Position numbers and translations under genes: made by a program. DNA of 64,000 nucleotides from Methanobacteriota archaeon (lineage in GTDB: Archaea; Thermoplasmatota; Poseidoniia; Poseidoniales; Thalassarchaeaceae), in assembly GCA_019654055.1 (NCBI GenBank), contig BPDA01000001.1, forward strand, positions 87,455-151,454, given 5' to 3'. The first letter of the stretch is position 1; each line of letters begins with the position of its first letter. Positions 27,342 through 36,190 of the stretch are shown here, piece after piece. The notes under the pieces were generated by a model that did no database searches, was not told the origin of the DNA, and worked only from the letters and a program-made list of their open reading frames with translations.

Positions 27342-28394
27342 CTATTCCTCGACGTCGAAGCGCTGGTAAATCTCGTTGGTGGTCTGGCTGACCCGGATGA
27401 AGGTTGCGCACTTCGGCAGGTCCTTTATGCGCCTCGCACCAACGTACGAGCAGGCTGAACGGAGTCCTCCGAGGACCGATTGTACGGTCGTCTCCAGAGC
27501 GCCCCTGTAAGGCACCCTGACCTCCTTGCCCTCAGGGGCCCGGTGCTTGGCCACCTCGCCGTAGTGCGATTCCATGGCCTTGGCCGACGACATGCCGTAG
27601 AACGACTTGTACATCCTGCCGTCGCCGTTCTCGATTAACTCTCCTCCCGACTCGTCGTGGCCCGCGAACATGCCTCCGAGCATCACGAAGTCAGCCCCGG
27701 CTGCGAACGCCTTGGCGACGTCTCCGGGGGACGAGCACCCGCCATCTGCCATCACATGGCCGAGCAGTCCGTGCGCCGCGTCTGCGCACTCGGCGATGGC
27801 CGACAACTGCGGGTAGCCGACACCGGCCACCTTCCTAGTGGTGCAGACCGATCCAGGACCTATGCCGACCTTCACTATGTCCGCTCCCGCTAGTATCAGT
27901 GCCTCCGTCATCTCCCTAGTGGCCACGTTGCCGGCGATCACGATTCTGTCCGGAAACTCCTTCCTGACCCGTCTCACAAAGTCCAGGAAGACCTCTCTGT
28001 ACCCGTTCGCGACGTCTATGCAGATCATCCTGATTCCGTCGTTGGTTGCCAGCTTGCGCTGCAACAGCTCAAAACTCTCCTCCGTCGAGCCGCAGGTTAC
28101 GGCGATGCTGCCAGGCTCGATACCGTCCCCCCATGCATGCGCGCACTCGCGCGTCGAGTAGAACTTCTGCAGGCAGGTCAGCATTCCGTGGTCCTGTAGC
28201 ACCCTCGCGACGGAGAACAGACCGGTGGTGTCCATGTTGGCCGCCACGATGGGTACACCGCTCCATATGTCCTTCGAATGACGGAACTCGAAGTTCCTAG
28301 AAAGACTGACATCCGATCTCGAAACCAGCGTACTGCGCTTAGGTCGAATCAGAACGTCGTCAAAGGTCAGTTTCATATCGTGCTCTAAGCGCAT
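27342..28394 (-). CDS. guaC: GMP reductase (GuaC type, no CBS insert)
   Basis: [62 protein letters not shown] and [30 protein letters not shown] are collinear with E. coli GuaC as I remember it. Confidence 0.85.
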   Translation of the reverse strand: [350 protein letters not shown]

Positions 28395-28449
28395 CGAGAC
28401 CTTACTACGCCAACGAAGGACCGTTTAAGACCGTTATGAGTGACTAGGG

Positions 28450-28527
28450 TGGTGCTCGTGCCGGGATTTGAACCCGGGTCGACGGATCGAGAGTCCGTCA
28501 TGATGGACCGAACTACACTACACGAGC
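28450..28527 (-). tRNA. tRNA-Glu (anticodon CTC), CCA encoded
   Basis: Reverse complement GCTCGTG-TA-GTGTAGTTCGGTCCATCAT-G-ACGGA-CTCTCGA-TCCGT..CCGGG-TTCAAAT-CCCGG-CACGAGC-A-CCA. Confidence 0.9.
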
Positions 28528-28935
28528 GTGGTTCCCGACGAATGGCTGCCCGCTTAAGAAAACAATGGGTTGAGAGCCTGATTCGGGTTTTTCTTCACTT
28601 TCACTTTCACTCCTCGGGACTATTGCCTCGCTTCATATGCGCAAGCCATGACATACCTCCATGAACGTACAACAGGACGACACGGCGACGCTCCGCTACA
28701 GGAAGCGCCCAGAGCCATGTAGGGTGGTGTCACTATCGACCCTGCGAAGAACGAACGCATCCGTGCACGGGTCTACTGACTCAGCGCTGGTGAGCTCCAC
28801 CGGAGTGGTCTCGGACCACGACTCGTGGGGCCCCCTGCCAAGCCCGGCAGCACAGGTCAATGTCAGCCCCTCGAGCTGGCAGGGCCTGCGTGACAGGCTC
28901 CGCGCAAGCCAGGCTACCCCCTCGGTGGTGGCCTA

Positions 28936-29190
28936 ATGTCGAGGACACGACGACTCAGGGAGGAAGTGCGAGTCTACCTCGAGGAGAACGACACCGCGAA
29001 CACCGTCGAGATATTCGATCACCTCAATGGTAGGTTCCGCTGGGGGGCCACCATGAATCAGGTCGGCAACATTCTAGCTAAGGACGTACGGTTTTCCAAG
29101 ATCGGGCACGTCCGCGGTCAGTTCAGAGGGAGCACCTACACAGTCTGCGTATGGGGCCTCACCCAGCAAGCGGTGCAAGCAACCTCCTAG
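28936..29190 (+). CDS. small hypothetical protein (84 aa), possible winged-helix fold
   Basis: MSRTRRLREEVRVYLEENDTANTVEIFDHLNGRFRWGATMNQVGNILAKDVRFSKIG... has protein-like composition. No family recognised. Confidence 0.35.
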   Translation: MSRTRRLREEVRVYLEENDTANTVEIFDHLNGRFRWGATMNQVGNILAKDVRFSKIGHVRGQFRGSTYTVCVWGLTQQAVQATS

Positions 29191-29230
29191 CCGGGGAAGC
29201 AATCAAGGCCGGGAGGCCACGAGTCAGGGC

Positions 29231-30136
29231 GTGGGGAACAGTGGTGTGATGGGTTCGTGGTGGGTCCTTTTCAGGGCCGGAAACTCGACCATCGGCGTAC
29301 TAGGGGTCCTTCTGGGCTCGATGCTCGCACTCGGTGGCCTGCCCGAGGGAAAACTCGCTTCGATCACGGCCTTGCAGGCCATTTCGGTCTGGGCCTTCAT
29401 GTGCTCTTGGAACGCGCTCAACGACTACCTCGACCTAGAGATCGACCGGGTAAACCGCCCCGACAGGCCGCTCCCATCGGGAGCCATCTCGGAACCGTCG
29501 GCCAAGCGGGGCATAGCACTTATGATGGCAACCTCGTTTCTCTCCATCGCAGGAGCGCTCGGCATAGCCAGGGGTTTGGAGGGCGGGGTCGAGGAGTGGT
29601 ATCCGACTGTCGTGATATGGGCCGGCGCACTATTCCTGCTGACTAACTACGAGTCCTCCGGCCCCTACAGCCTTCGGCTGAAGGATAGAGGACTTCCAGG
29701 AAACGTGGCGATCAGTCTATCGGTCGGAATGCTCGTGCTGTTCGGGGCCGCTGGCGTGTTTGAGCCATTCAACCTGCGTGCGTGGTCGATGTTCGTCGTG
29801 GGGGTGCTGTACACCCTAGCTCGAGAGATCGTCAAGGACATCGAGGACATGGAGGGAGACAAGGGGAGGAGCACCTACGCAATGAGAGTCGGACCCGAGA
29901 AGGCTCGGACGGTTGCATGGATCATCATGCTGCTGACCTTCGCCTCGCTGTTGATGCCCTTCGGCATCGGGGTCTTCCCGGAACTGCACCTGCTGGGAGT
30001 TATCCCGGCAGTGATACTCCTGTTGATGGTGAAGGGCAGGCTGATGGCATCCGAGGACCATGCGGCACAGCAACTAATCAAGAAATCAATGTACCTAGCA
30101 CTCGCCGCCTTCCTTGGAAGTTCACTTCTGGCGTAG
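29231..30136 (+). CDS. UbiA-family prenyltransferase, most likely digeranylgeranylglyceryl phosphate (DGGGP) synthase
   Basis: NALNDYLDLEIDRVNRPDRPLPSG (first Asp-rich motif) and REIVKDIEDMEGDKGRSTYAM (second motif). About 8 TM helices. Size and motifs fit archaeal DGGGPS. Confidence 0.75.
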   Translation: MGNSGVMGSWWVLFRAGNSTIGVLGVLLGSMLALGGLPEGKLASITALQAISVWAFMCSWNALNDYLDLEIDRVNRPDRPLPSGAISEPSAKRGIALMMATSFLSIAGALGIARGLEGGVEEWYPTVVIWAGALFLLTNYESSGPYSLRLKDRGLPGNVAISLSVGMLVLFGAAGVFEPFNLRAWSMFVVGVLYTLAREIVKDIEDMEGDKGRSTYAMRVGPEKARTVAWIIMLLTFASLLMPFGIGVFPELHLLGVIPAVILLLMVKGRLMASEDHAAQQLIKKSMYLALAAFLGSSLLA

Positions 30137-31096
30137 TCATTCGAGTTCCCTGTAGGTGTGCCAGGCATCGTTGTTGCACAGGTAGGTCAGAAGCGACATC
30201 TGAGCCCACATCCGGTTCTCGGCCTGATCGAGGACCACGCTGTTAGGCGAGTCTATGACCGAGTCCGTAACTTCTTCTCCACGGTGGGCTGGGAGGCAGT
30301 GCATGAACAGGTATCCCGGGTCTGCGTGGGCGACCAACTCCTCGTTGACTTGGAATCCCTCGAAGGCATCGAACTTGCCCTCGATGTTCTCTTCGCCCAT
30401 GGACACGAAGATGTCAGTGTAAATCACCCCAGCGCCACTGACTGCCTCGATTGGGTCATTGGAGCCGTGAATGCTGGAGCCCGTTCGCGAAGCAATCCCC
30501 CGGGCTCTCTCCATCACCGATTCGTCAGGCTCGAAGCCAGGAGGGGTGGCGTAGCGGACATCGCGTCCGAGCACAACTGCCGCGAGTAACAGGTCATGGA
30601 ACACGTTGTTGCCGTCACCCACCCAGGCGATGTGCCCGTTGACGTTCCCCCCATGCTCCACTATGGTCATCAGATCGGCTGCTGCCTGACATGGATGGTG
30701 CAGGTTGGATAGCGCGTTGATGACCGGTACCGTCGAGTGCTCGGCGAGCTCGACCGCATCAGCGTGTTCGAAGCACCTGTATGTGATTCCGTCTAGAAAG
30801 CGCGACAGCACCGCCGCAGTGTCTGCGATCGACTCGCTCTTGCCCAGTTGAATGTCGTTGGAGAGCAGGGTCAGGGGCTGTCCTCCGAGCCTGCTCACCC
30901 CGACTTCGAACGAGACTCTCGTCCTAGTCGATGGCTTCTCGTAAATCGAGCCGATTGACATCCCATCGAGGGGTTTGAAGTCCGAGCTCAAGTCACCTCC
31001 GTGCTTGAATGCTATAGCCCAGTCGATGATTTCGGACAACTCGTCGCCGACGTCGTCTATCGCCATCAGATCAGTCTTCTCGTCAGCCTCGCTCAT
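30137..31096 (-). CDS. argF: ornithine carbamoyltransferase
   Basis: KPSTRTRVSFE, HPCQAAADL, DIFVSMGEE and HCLPAHRGEEV motifs. The start is uncertain: 31096 overlaps the upstream gene by 14 nt, with an alternative ATG at 31066. Confidence 0.85.
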   Translation of the reverse strand: MSEADEKTDLMAIDDVGDELSEIIDWAIAFKHGGDLSSDFKPLDGMSIGSIYEKPSTRTRVSFEVGVSRLGGQPLTLLSNDIQLGKSESIADTAAVLSRFLDGITYRCFEHADAVELAEHSTVPVINALSNLHHPCQAAADLMTIVEHGGNVNGHIAWVGDGNNVFHDLLLAAVVLGRDVRYATPPGFEPDESVMERARGIASRTGSSIHGSNDPIEAVSGAGVIYTDIFVSMGEENIEGKFDAFEGFQVNEELVAHADPGYLFMHCLPAHRGEEVTDSVIDSPNSVVLDQAENRMWAQMSLLTYLCNNDAWHTYRELE

Positions 31097-31961
31097 GCTC
31101 AATGTCTCCTGCGTATCCGTCCCTCGAATCCGCCATGCCACCGAAGATGCTCTGAGCGAAAGTCAGCACGTCAGCCATCCCGTCCTCGTGTTCGCTGGAC
31201 AGGGGAGTCAGTCCTGCTTGTATCGAGTCTTGCTGCATCATCCTCAGCTGGCCGATGGCGAACTCGGCCCTCTGGCTACCCGAGTGTGGGTCGAGCGCCT
31301 GCTGGGCCGACTCCTCATACAAGGCAGCCTCGAGGATATCGAGGTTCTCGCCCCAGTCTAGGACCCGCTCCAGCGCCTCGGGCTCAAGCAGGTCCGACTT
31401 GGAGAGGAAGTTGGCCGTAGGCAACCCGAGCCTGAAGTGGACTATGGACGAGAGCAACATCTGCGATACGAATCCGCTGGGCGTCTGCGAGAGCATCGGG
31501 TCGAAGAGGAATATCAGGCAGGCCCTGCCTTGGCCGATGACGCTGACTAGGTGGTTGGAAGCCTCCCTGAAGGCGAACAGCTCGACCTGCCCTGGCGTGT
31601 CTACGATCAGCATGTCGCACGACAGCCCCTCAATCTCGTCAAAGACCTCGTCAGCTCGCGAAGCCACCAAATCGGCGGCTAGAATCTGGGCCCCGTTGGG
31701 ACCAAGTTCGTACTCGATCATCACGTCGGACAGGGAAACGAGTTCCCTGACGTCGAACTCGGTGTCGTAGTCCACTTTCTCGGCGCCTGGGTCGAGATTG
31801 ATTGCAAGGACATCCACTTCGAGAAACCTCGCCCATCTCTGGAAAGCGGTGACCAGAGAACTCTTCCCAGCACCTGCGGTACCCACTACGAATAGCACGG
31901 GAGGGGTAGTGCTGTCCTGACTGCTCACGCTCTCGCCCAAGGGCGAGAGAACTTCAACCAT
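31083..31961 (-). CDS. GPN-loop GTPase (PAB0955/Npa3 family)
   Basis: P-loop GTAGAGKSS, the GPN motif in YELGPNGAQI, DTPGQVELF, and NFLSKSDL (NKxD-like). Confidence 0.8.
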   Translation of the reverse strand: MVEVLSPLGESVSSQDSTTPPVLFVVGTAGAGKSSLVTAFQRWARFLEVDVLAINLDPGAEKVDYDTEFDVRELVSLSDVMIEYELGPNGAQILAADLVASRADEVFDEIEGLSCDMLIVDTPGQVELFAFREASNHLVSVIGQGRACLIFLFDPMLSQTPSGFVSQMLLSSIVHFRLGLPTANFLSKSDLLEPEALERVLDWGENLDILEAALYEESAQQALDPHSGSQRAEFAIGQLRMMQQDSIQAGLTPLSSEHEDGMADVLTFAQSIFGGMADSRDGYAGDIEHERG

Positions 31962-32200
31962 TCGCGAGGCCCTATATTCGGCGCGAGGCCGGACAAGCAA
32001 TGGTTATACCAATCCAAGTACCGTCCGCGAGCACCCATCGGGGTGGCCGCGCCATGTCAGAAGACCCTCCTCCTCCCCCTCCCGGTTTTCCTCCTCCTCC
32101 GCCCCCTCCGCCCCCTCCTGGTACGAAGAGGAGGAAGATGGTGACTCTGAGGAGGATCAGACTGAGACTCCTCCGCCCCCCCCGCCGGGCCTGATGGAGC

Positions 32201-34657
32201 TTGAGGACAGGGAGATTTCTTCCATCCCCGAATCACAACCCGACGACCCTCCCCCACCCTCCTCCGGGATTCGACGCCCCCCCTCTCCCTCTCGGCTTCG
32301 AGGAGCCACCCGAGCCCGAGCCTGACATCGAGCCTGAGTATACAGGGTCCTTGCAGGATTCGCTTTCCGCTCTGGAAGATGCCGTGGAAGACGTCACTGA
32401 CGAAGTCGTCGATGTCGCTGAAGAAGTCGTGGGCGAACTCGCTATCGGCTCCGTCAGCAGTGCTCTGGACTCAGCGATAGAGGGGGCGGCCGATATCTCC
32501 AGCGAGATTTCCGATTCCGCTAGGGAGATTGCCCAAGCACTTTCCAAGCCAGTCGTAGCGGCGGCGACCCACCCCCACCTGAGGTCTGCTGCCGAGGTGG
32601 ACGCAATTCCAGGCGACAAACTCCACGCGACTCTGAGCGAGGTCGAGGAATCGACACTGAATCCAGATGGCTCGGTCAGGAGGCAGTCGATAGAGGGCGA
32701 GTTGATACTGAGGAACTCCAGCAAGAAGCACAGAGCATGGGACATCGAGGTACTACTCTCCTCCACCGACTCCACTGACATCGGGGGGCGCTCAATCTCC
32801 GTTCGAGAGCTCGAAGCCACAGAGGAGACGGTAATCCCGTATTCGGCGAGCGGACCGAGAATGCTCGTCCTCAAGGAGTCCATCGACACCAACCCAGAGA
32901 GGGATCAGGAGAACAGTCTGTCTCTGGTCTACTCGTCGGAACCTCAGGGGGTCGATATGGAGATTGAGGTCCAGAACGCCTCCGAGGTGCCACTGCTCGA
33001 GGTGGCGGTTAGCAGGAGCTTCCCGGACAACTTCGACATCCCCGAGGGCCAGGAGTACAGCGTCGATGGATCATCCATATCTTGGGACATAGGGAGACTC
33101 AATGTGGGCGAGAGTAGGACCCTAGCGCTCTCGCCGATGGTCACGACCGAAGGTATCGAGATGATATCCGCGGGAGTGTCATCCGCCGAGTACTCGGCCG
33201 AGGCCGCGGTCTCTAGGGCGGGCTTCGAACGCGTGTCCGGCTCGACTCTGCACATGATGAGGGTGGACAAGATCGAGGACGACCGTCCCGGCATCTGGCA
33301 CTGCAAATCGGTGTTCGAGAACCGCTCGTCCTTCGTGGTCACCCTCTCGGGAGTCACTGTGTGGTTGTCTGGCAGGGATGACCCCATCTTGGAGGTGTCT
33401 GACCTCAGGCAGGACGTGCCGCCCGAAGGCAGCTGGAGCTCGATGGAGAAGAGAGTCGAGGCGGACACGCCCAGCTTCACGCACGAGTTTAGGTCATCCA
33501 TCCTGCCTAGGGTCTCGATTACCTCGAGCGGCTCGATGGACCTCAAGGAGCAGAATCTAATTGTGCTCGATGCCAATCTGCTCAAGCAGTACGACAAATC
33601 GAGAATCAAGTCCTTCGTCTCCTCCGATTTGGAGGCCACGATATCGATCGAGAACACGGGCTCGGCGACAATCAATGTGATGAGGCTGCTGGACGACGTT
33701 CCTGGAGTCTTCAGACCTCCCACCGAGTCAGATGTGAGCATTGAGATAGAGGGGACTGACCTCAACGAGGACCAGTACCTGATTGAGGTCATCGATGGGA
33801 TTCAACTCGAGGAGAGCCTAGTGTCGCCGGACAGCGACGGGAACAGCCTGAGAATAACGGTGGGGACGTCTGCTCCACTCGGTCTGCAGCCCGGAAAGAC
33901 GATGGTTCTGCGTTACCCTCTGCACGCTCCCGACCCGTCTCCCGAAAACGAGCTGTTGGCAGCGCCAATCAGGGCCGATTTCGGTTCGGAGAAGTTCGGA
34001 CCTGTCGCAACTAGGGCTGTAGCAAGGCCACCGCAACTGAGGGTGGTGCATCGCCGCCGCAATATCAGCACCGGCAAAGAAGTCTTCCCGGCAGGTAGCG
34101 CGGGTAGGTACGAGGTCCTACTCATGTTCGTTAACAACTCCGACAGCGCTCTGGACGAACTGGCACTGCACGATGTAGTCCCGGGCACGTTCTCCATCGA
34201 GAAGTCGACGGTGCGCTCGTCGGTGGACGGCGAGCGCGATACTAAGATGGACAAGGAGTCGGCCCCAGAGGGCACCCATGTCGAGTGGAGGATAGGGAGG
34301 ATCGAGAAGGGCGAGAGGATAGAGGTGACCTACGTAATTCAGGGCGACCCCGAGTCGGAGTACAAGGTCTCCGACGCTCAGGACTTTCACGGTGCCACCT
34401 TCGGTGACGAGGTGGACGATGAGCCCAACGTCCCCGAATGGATCGAGGAGCAGAAGTCGCCAGAGCCCGAGACCATCCCGGAGCCCGAGCTAGAGCCAGA
34501 GCCCGAGCCAGAGCCGGAGCCCGAGCCCGAGGGCGAACCCGATCCAGAGCCGGAGCCCGAGCCAGAGCCGGAGCCCGAGGGCGAGGTATGCCCGATATGC
34601 GGTTCCGAGGCCGAGATTGGTGCCTCGGTTTGCGTCGTCTGTAGTTACTCGTTCTGA
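32201..34657 (+). CDS. large acidic hypothetical protein with DUF11/CARDB-like beta-sandwich repeats, (EP)n linker and C-terminal Zn ribbon
   Basis: The 818-aa ORF is counted from TTG 32201, but the true N-terminus is probably further upstream (see finding). It has repeated modules such as [19 protein letters not shown]...[16 protein letters not shown] and [22 protein letters not shown]...[18 protein letters not shown]. It ends [34 protein letters not shown]. Confidence 0.6.
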   Translation: MRTGRFLPSPNHNPTTLPHPPPGFDAPPLPLGFEEPPEPEPDIEPEYTGSLQDSLSALEDAVEDVTDEVVDVAEEVVGELAIGSVSSALDSAIEGAADISSEISDSAREIAQALSKPVVAAATHPHLRSAAEVDAIPGDKLHATLSEVEESTLNPDGSVRRQSIEGELILRNSSKKHRAWDIEVLLSSTDSTDIGGRSISVRELEATEETVIPYSASGPRMLVLKESIDTNPERDQENSLSLVYSSEPQGVDMEIEVQNASEVPLLEVAVSRSFPDNFDIPEGQEYSVDGSSISWDIGRLNVGESRTLALSPMVTTEGIEMISAGVSSAEYSAEAAVSRAGFERVSGSTLHMMRVDKIEDDRPGIWHCKSVFENRSSFVVTLSGVTVWLSGRDDPILEVSDLRQDVPPEGSWSSMEKRVEADTPSFTHEFRSSILPRVSITSSGSMDLKEQNLIVLDANLLKQYDKSRIKSFVSSDLEATISIENTGSATINVMRLLDDVPGVFRPPTESDVSIEIEGTDLNEDQYLIEVIDGIQLEESLVSPDSDGNSLRITVGTSAPLGLQPGKTMVLRYPLHAPDPSPENELLAAPIRADFGSEKFGPVATRAVARPPQLRVVHRRRNISTGKEVFPAGSAGRYEVLLMFVNNSDSALDELALHDVVPGTFSIEKSTVRSSVDGERDTKMDKESAPEGTHVEWRIGRIEKGERIEVTYVIQGDPESEYKVSDAQDFHGATFGDEVDDEPNVPEWIEEQKSPEPETIPEPELEPEPEPEPEPEPEGEPDPEPEPEPEPEPEGEVCPICGSEAEIGASVCVVCSYSF
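34461..34586 (+). repeat. in-frame hexanucleotide (GAGCCN)n tandem repeat encoding (EP)n
   Basis: ccagagcccgag...gagccagagccggagcccgagcccgagggcgaa...gagccagagccggagcccgagggcgag encodes [42 protein letters not shown]. Confidence 0.9.
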
Positions 34658-34725
34658 TTCGAATCGATTTGGACGCCTATGGCGTCCACCGAAGCGTTCT
34701 TGCTACTCGGTCGGAACGAGGGCCC

Positions 34726-35649
34726 ATGGCTTCCGGAGGTGGCGACCCGCAGGCCGAGGCTATGTCATCGTTGATGATGCCCATGCTGGTCATGATGCTG
34801 GTCATGATGGCGATGATGCTGAATGATGGAATCCGAATCTTCCTCGCCGACGGGGCTGGCTACTTCATCGAGCCTGTGCTGCCCTTTCACAAACTCTACT
34901 TCGTGCCCACTGTCTTCATCGTCGGCTCCGGCATCATGATTGTCAACACCATCATCCGATCCATCTTCATGGACCCATTGAAACAAGCTCACGTCAGTCA
35001 TCGTCAGGGTCAGATTAGGAAGCAGGTGCAGCAGGCGCAGATGGCCCGCGACACCGCTCGCGCTGAGAAGATGCAGAAGCTGCAGATGGAAATGGCGCCC
35101 GAGCAGATGGCGATGCAGGCGGCGATGATGAGGCCGATGATGTTCACCATAGTCTTCATCATCGGAATTTTCAGCTGGATGTCCAGCGAGGTCGAGACGT
35201 TCAGGGTGTCGTACGTCAGCCTGCCTTGGTCGCCGATGTGGTCTCTGGACGAGCGGGTTCTGTGGATTCTGCCTGCTTGGATTGCCACGTACATCACGAT
35301 GAGTGCCCCATTAGGGAGGATCATCGACCGCCACATCAAGATCCGCCGCTACAGGAACCACCCGCTAGTACTCGCTGGCGACACCATCCCCGAGCCTCTG
35401 CTACACCTCCTGAACGAGCAGAAGACTAAGCGGAGAGACGATTCGAGGATTCGCAGGGCCCAGCGCAGGAGGGACGGACCTCGAAAGACGGGTGGGCAGG
35501 TGACAGCGCCCACTCAAGGGAGGAGGGGCAACGTGCCGCTCACCCCGCCCAAGTCGGGGACCACCTGCCCCTCATGTGATTCGGACTCGGTCTCGAGGGC
35601 ATCTAGGGGGATGTTGAGGTGCGATGTGTGTCGCGACGAATGGAGGTGA
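34726..35649 (+). CDS. DUF106 family membrane protein (archaeal YidC/Oxa1/EMC3-like insertase) with basic linker and C-terminal Zn ribbon
   Basis: TM1, then a coiled-coil segment KQVQQAQMARDTARAEKMQKLQMEMAPEQMAMQAAMMRPMMF running into TM2, then TM3. This is the layout of MJ0480-type DUF106 proteins. The tail is RRDDSRIRRAQRRRDGPRK...CPSCDSD...RCDVCRDEW. Confidence 0.65.
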   Translation: MASGGGDPQAEAMSSLMMPMLVMMLVMMAMMLNDGIRIFLADGAGYFIEPVLPFHKLYFVPTVFIVGSGIMIVNTIIRSIFMDPLKQAHVSHRQGQIRKQVQQAQMARDTARAEKMQKLQMEMAPEQMAMQAAMMRPMMFTIVFIIGIFSWMSSEVETFRVSYVSLPWSPMWSLDERVLWILPAWIATYITMSAPLGRIIDRHIKIRRYRNHPLVLAGDTIPEPLLHLLNEQKTKRRDDSRIRRAQRRRDGPRKTGGQVTAPTQGRRGNVPLTPPKSGTTCPSCDSDSVSRASRGMLRCDVCRDEWR

Positions 35650-35653
35650 GCGG

Positions 35654-36184
35654 ATGCTGAGGTTGACCGTCAGCGGCCCTCCCGGGAGCGGCACCTCGAC
35701 GCTGGTCGGGAAACTCTGCGAGGACCGTGGCTGGTCCTCGGTCAACGGCGGTGACATCTTCAGGGAGCAGGCATCCAACCGAGGACTCAGCGTCGCCGAG
35801 TTCAGCGCCTTGTGCAAGCAGGACCTAGATGTCGACCGTTCCCTCGACGACATCCTGAAGCAGGTGATGAACGATCCAGATGGCTCAGAGGTCGTCGAGA
35901 GCAGGCTGTGCGGTTGGTGGGCGGAGGAGCTCGGTCTGAGCTGTCTCAGGGTCTGGGTCTCCGTGTCCGAGGAGGAGAGGGCAAGTAGGATCCAGAACCG
36001 CGAGGGTGGCGACTACCGGACCTGCTTGGAGATATCCAGACAGCGCCAGAGTGATGATATGGAGAGATACCTCAAGCTGTATGGCATAGATCTCGACGAC
36101 ATGAGCCCATACAACCTTGTGGTCGATGCTGACGAGCTGGATGCCGATGGCGTCTTCGGAGTCGTCAGCGCTGCGTTGGGGTGA
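35654..36184 (+). CDS. cmk: cytidylate kinase, archaeal type
   Basis: MLRLTVSGPPGSGTSTLVGKL P-loop, GDIFRE, VVESRLCGWW and the RYLKLYGIDLDD tail typical of short archaeal CMK. Confidence 0.75.
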   Translation: MLRLTVSGPPGSGTSTLVGKLCEDRGWSSVNGGDIFREQASNRGLSVAEFSALCKQDLDVDRSLDDILKQVMNDPDGSEVVESRLCGWWAEELGLSCLRVWVSVSEEERASRIQNREGGDYRTCLEISRQRQSDDMERYLKLYGIDLDDMSPYNLVVDADELDADGVFGVVSAALG

Positions 36185-36190
36185 GGACTG

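Noticed and set aside
28528-29190. tRNA-Glu-adjacent region with a (CACTTT)3 repeat and two small coupled ORFs, considered as a possible integrated-element remnant
   Set aside because: There is no integrase. I found no duplicated copy of the tRNA 3' half that could serve as an att site, and no compositional break. The 91-aa ORF at 28661-28936 has an implausible Ser/Thr/Arg-rich composition.
32233-33792. 219-aa and 282-aa minus-strand ORFs inside the 818-aa gene, and many similar ORFs inside the 2246-aa gene
   Set aside because: They are antisense shadows with low-complexity Ser/Thr/Arg composition. The + strand frame is continuous and carries repeated domain-like modules.
34461-34586. Tandem GAGCCN array as a possible CRISPR or non-coding microsatellite
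   Set aside because: The period is 6 nt, with no spacers. It is in frame and translates to (EP)n inside a long ORF, so it is a coding low-complexity linker.
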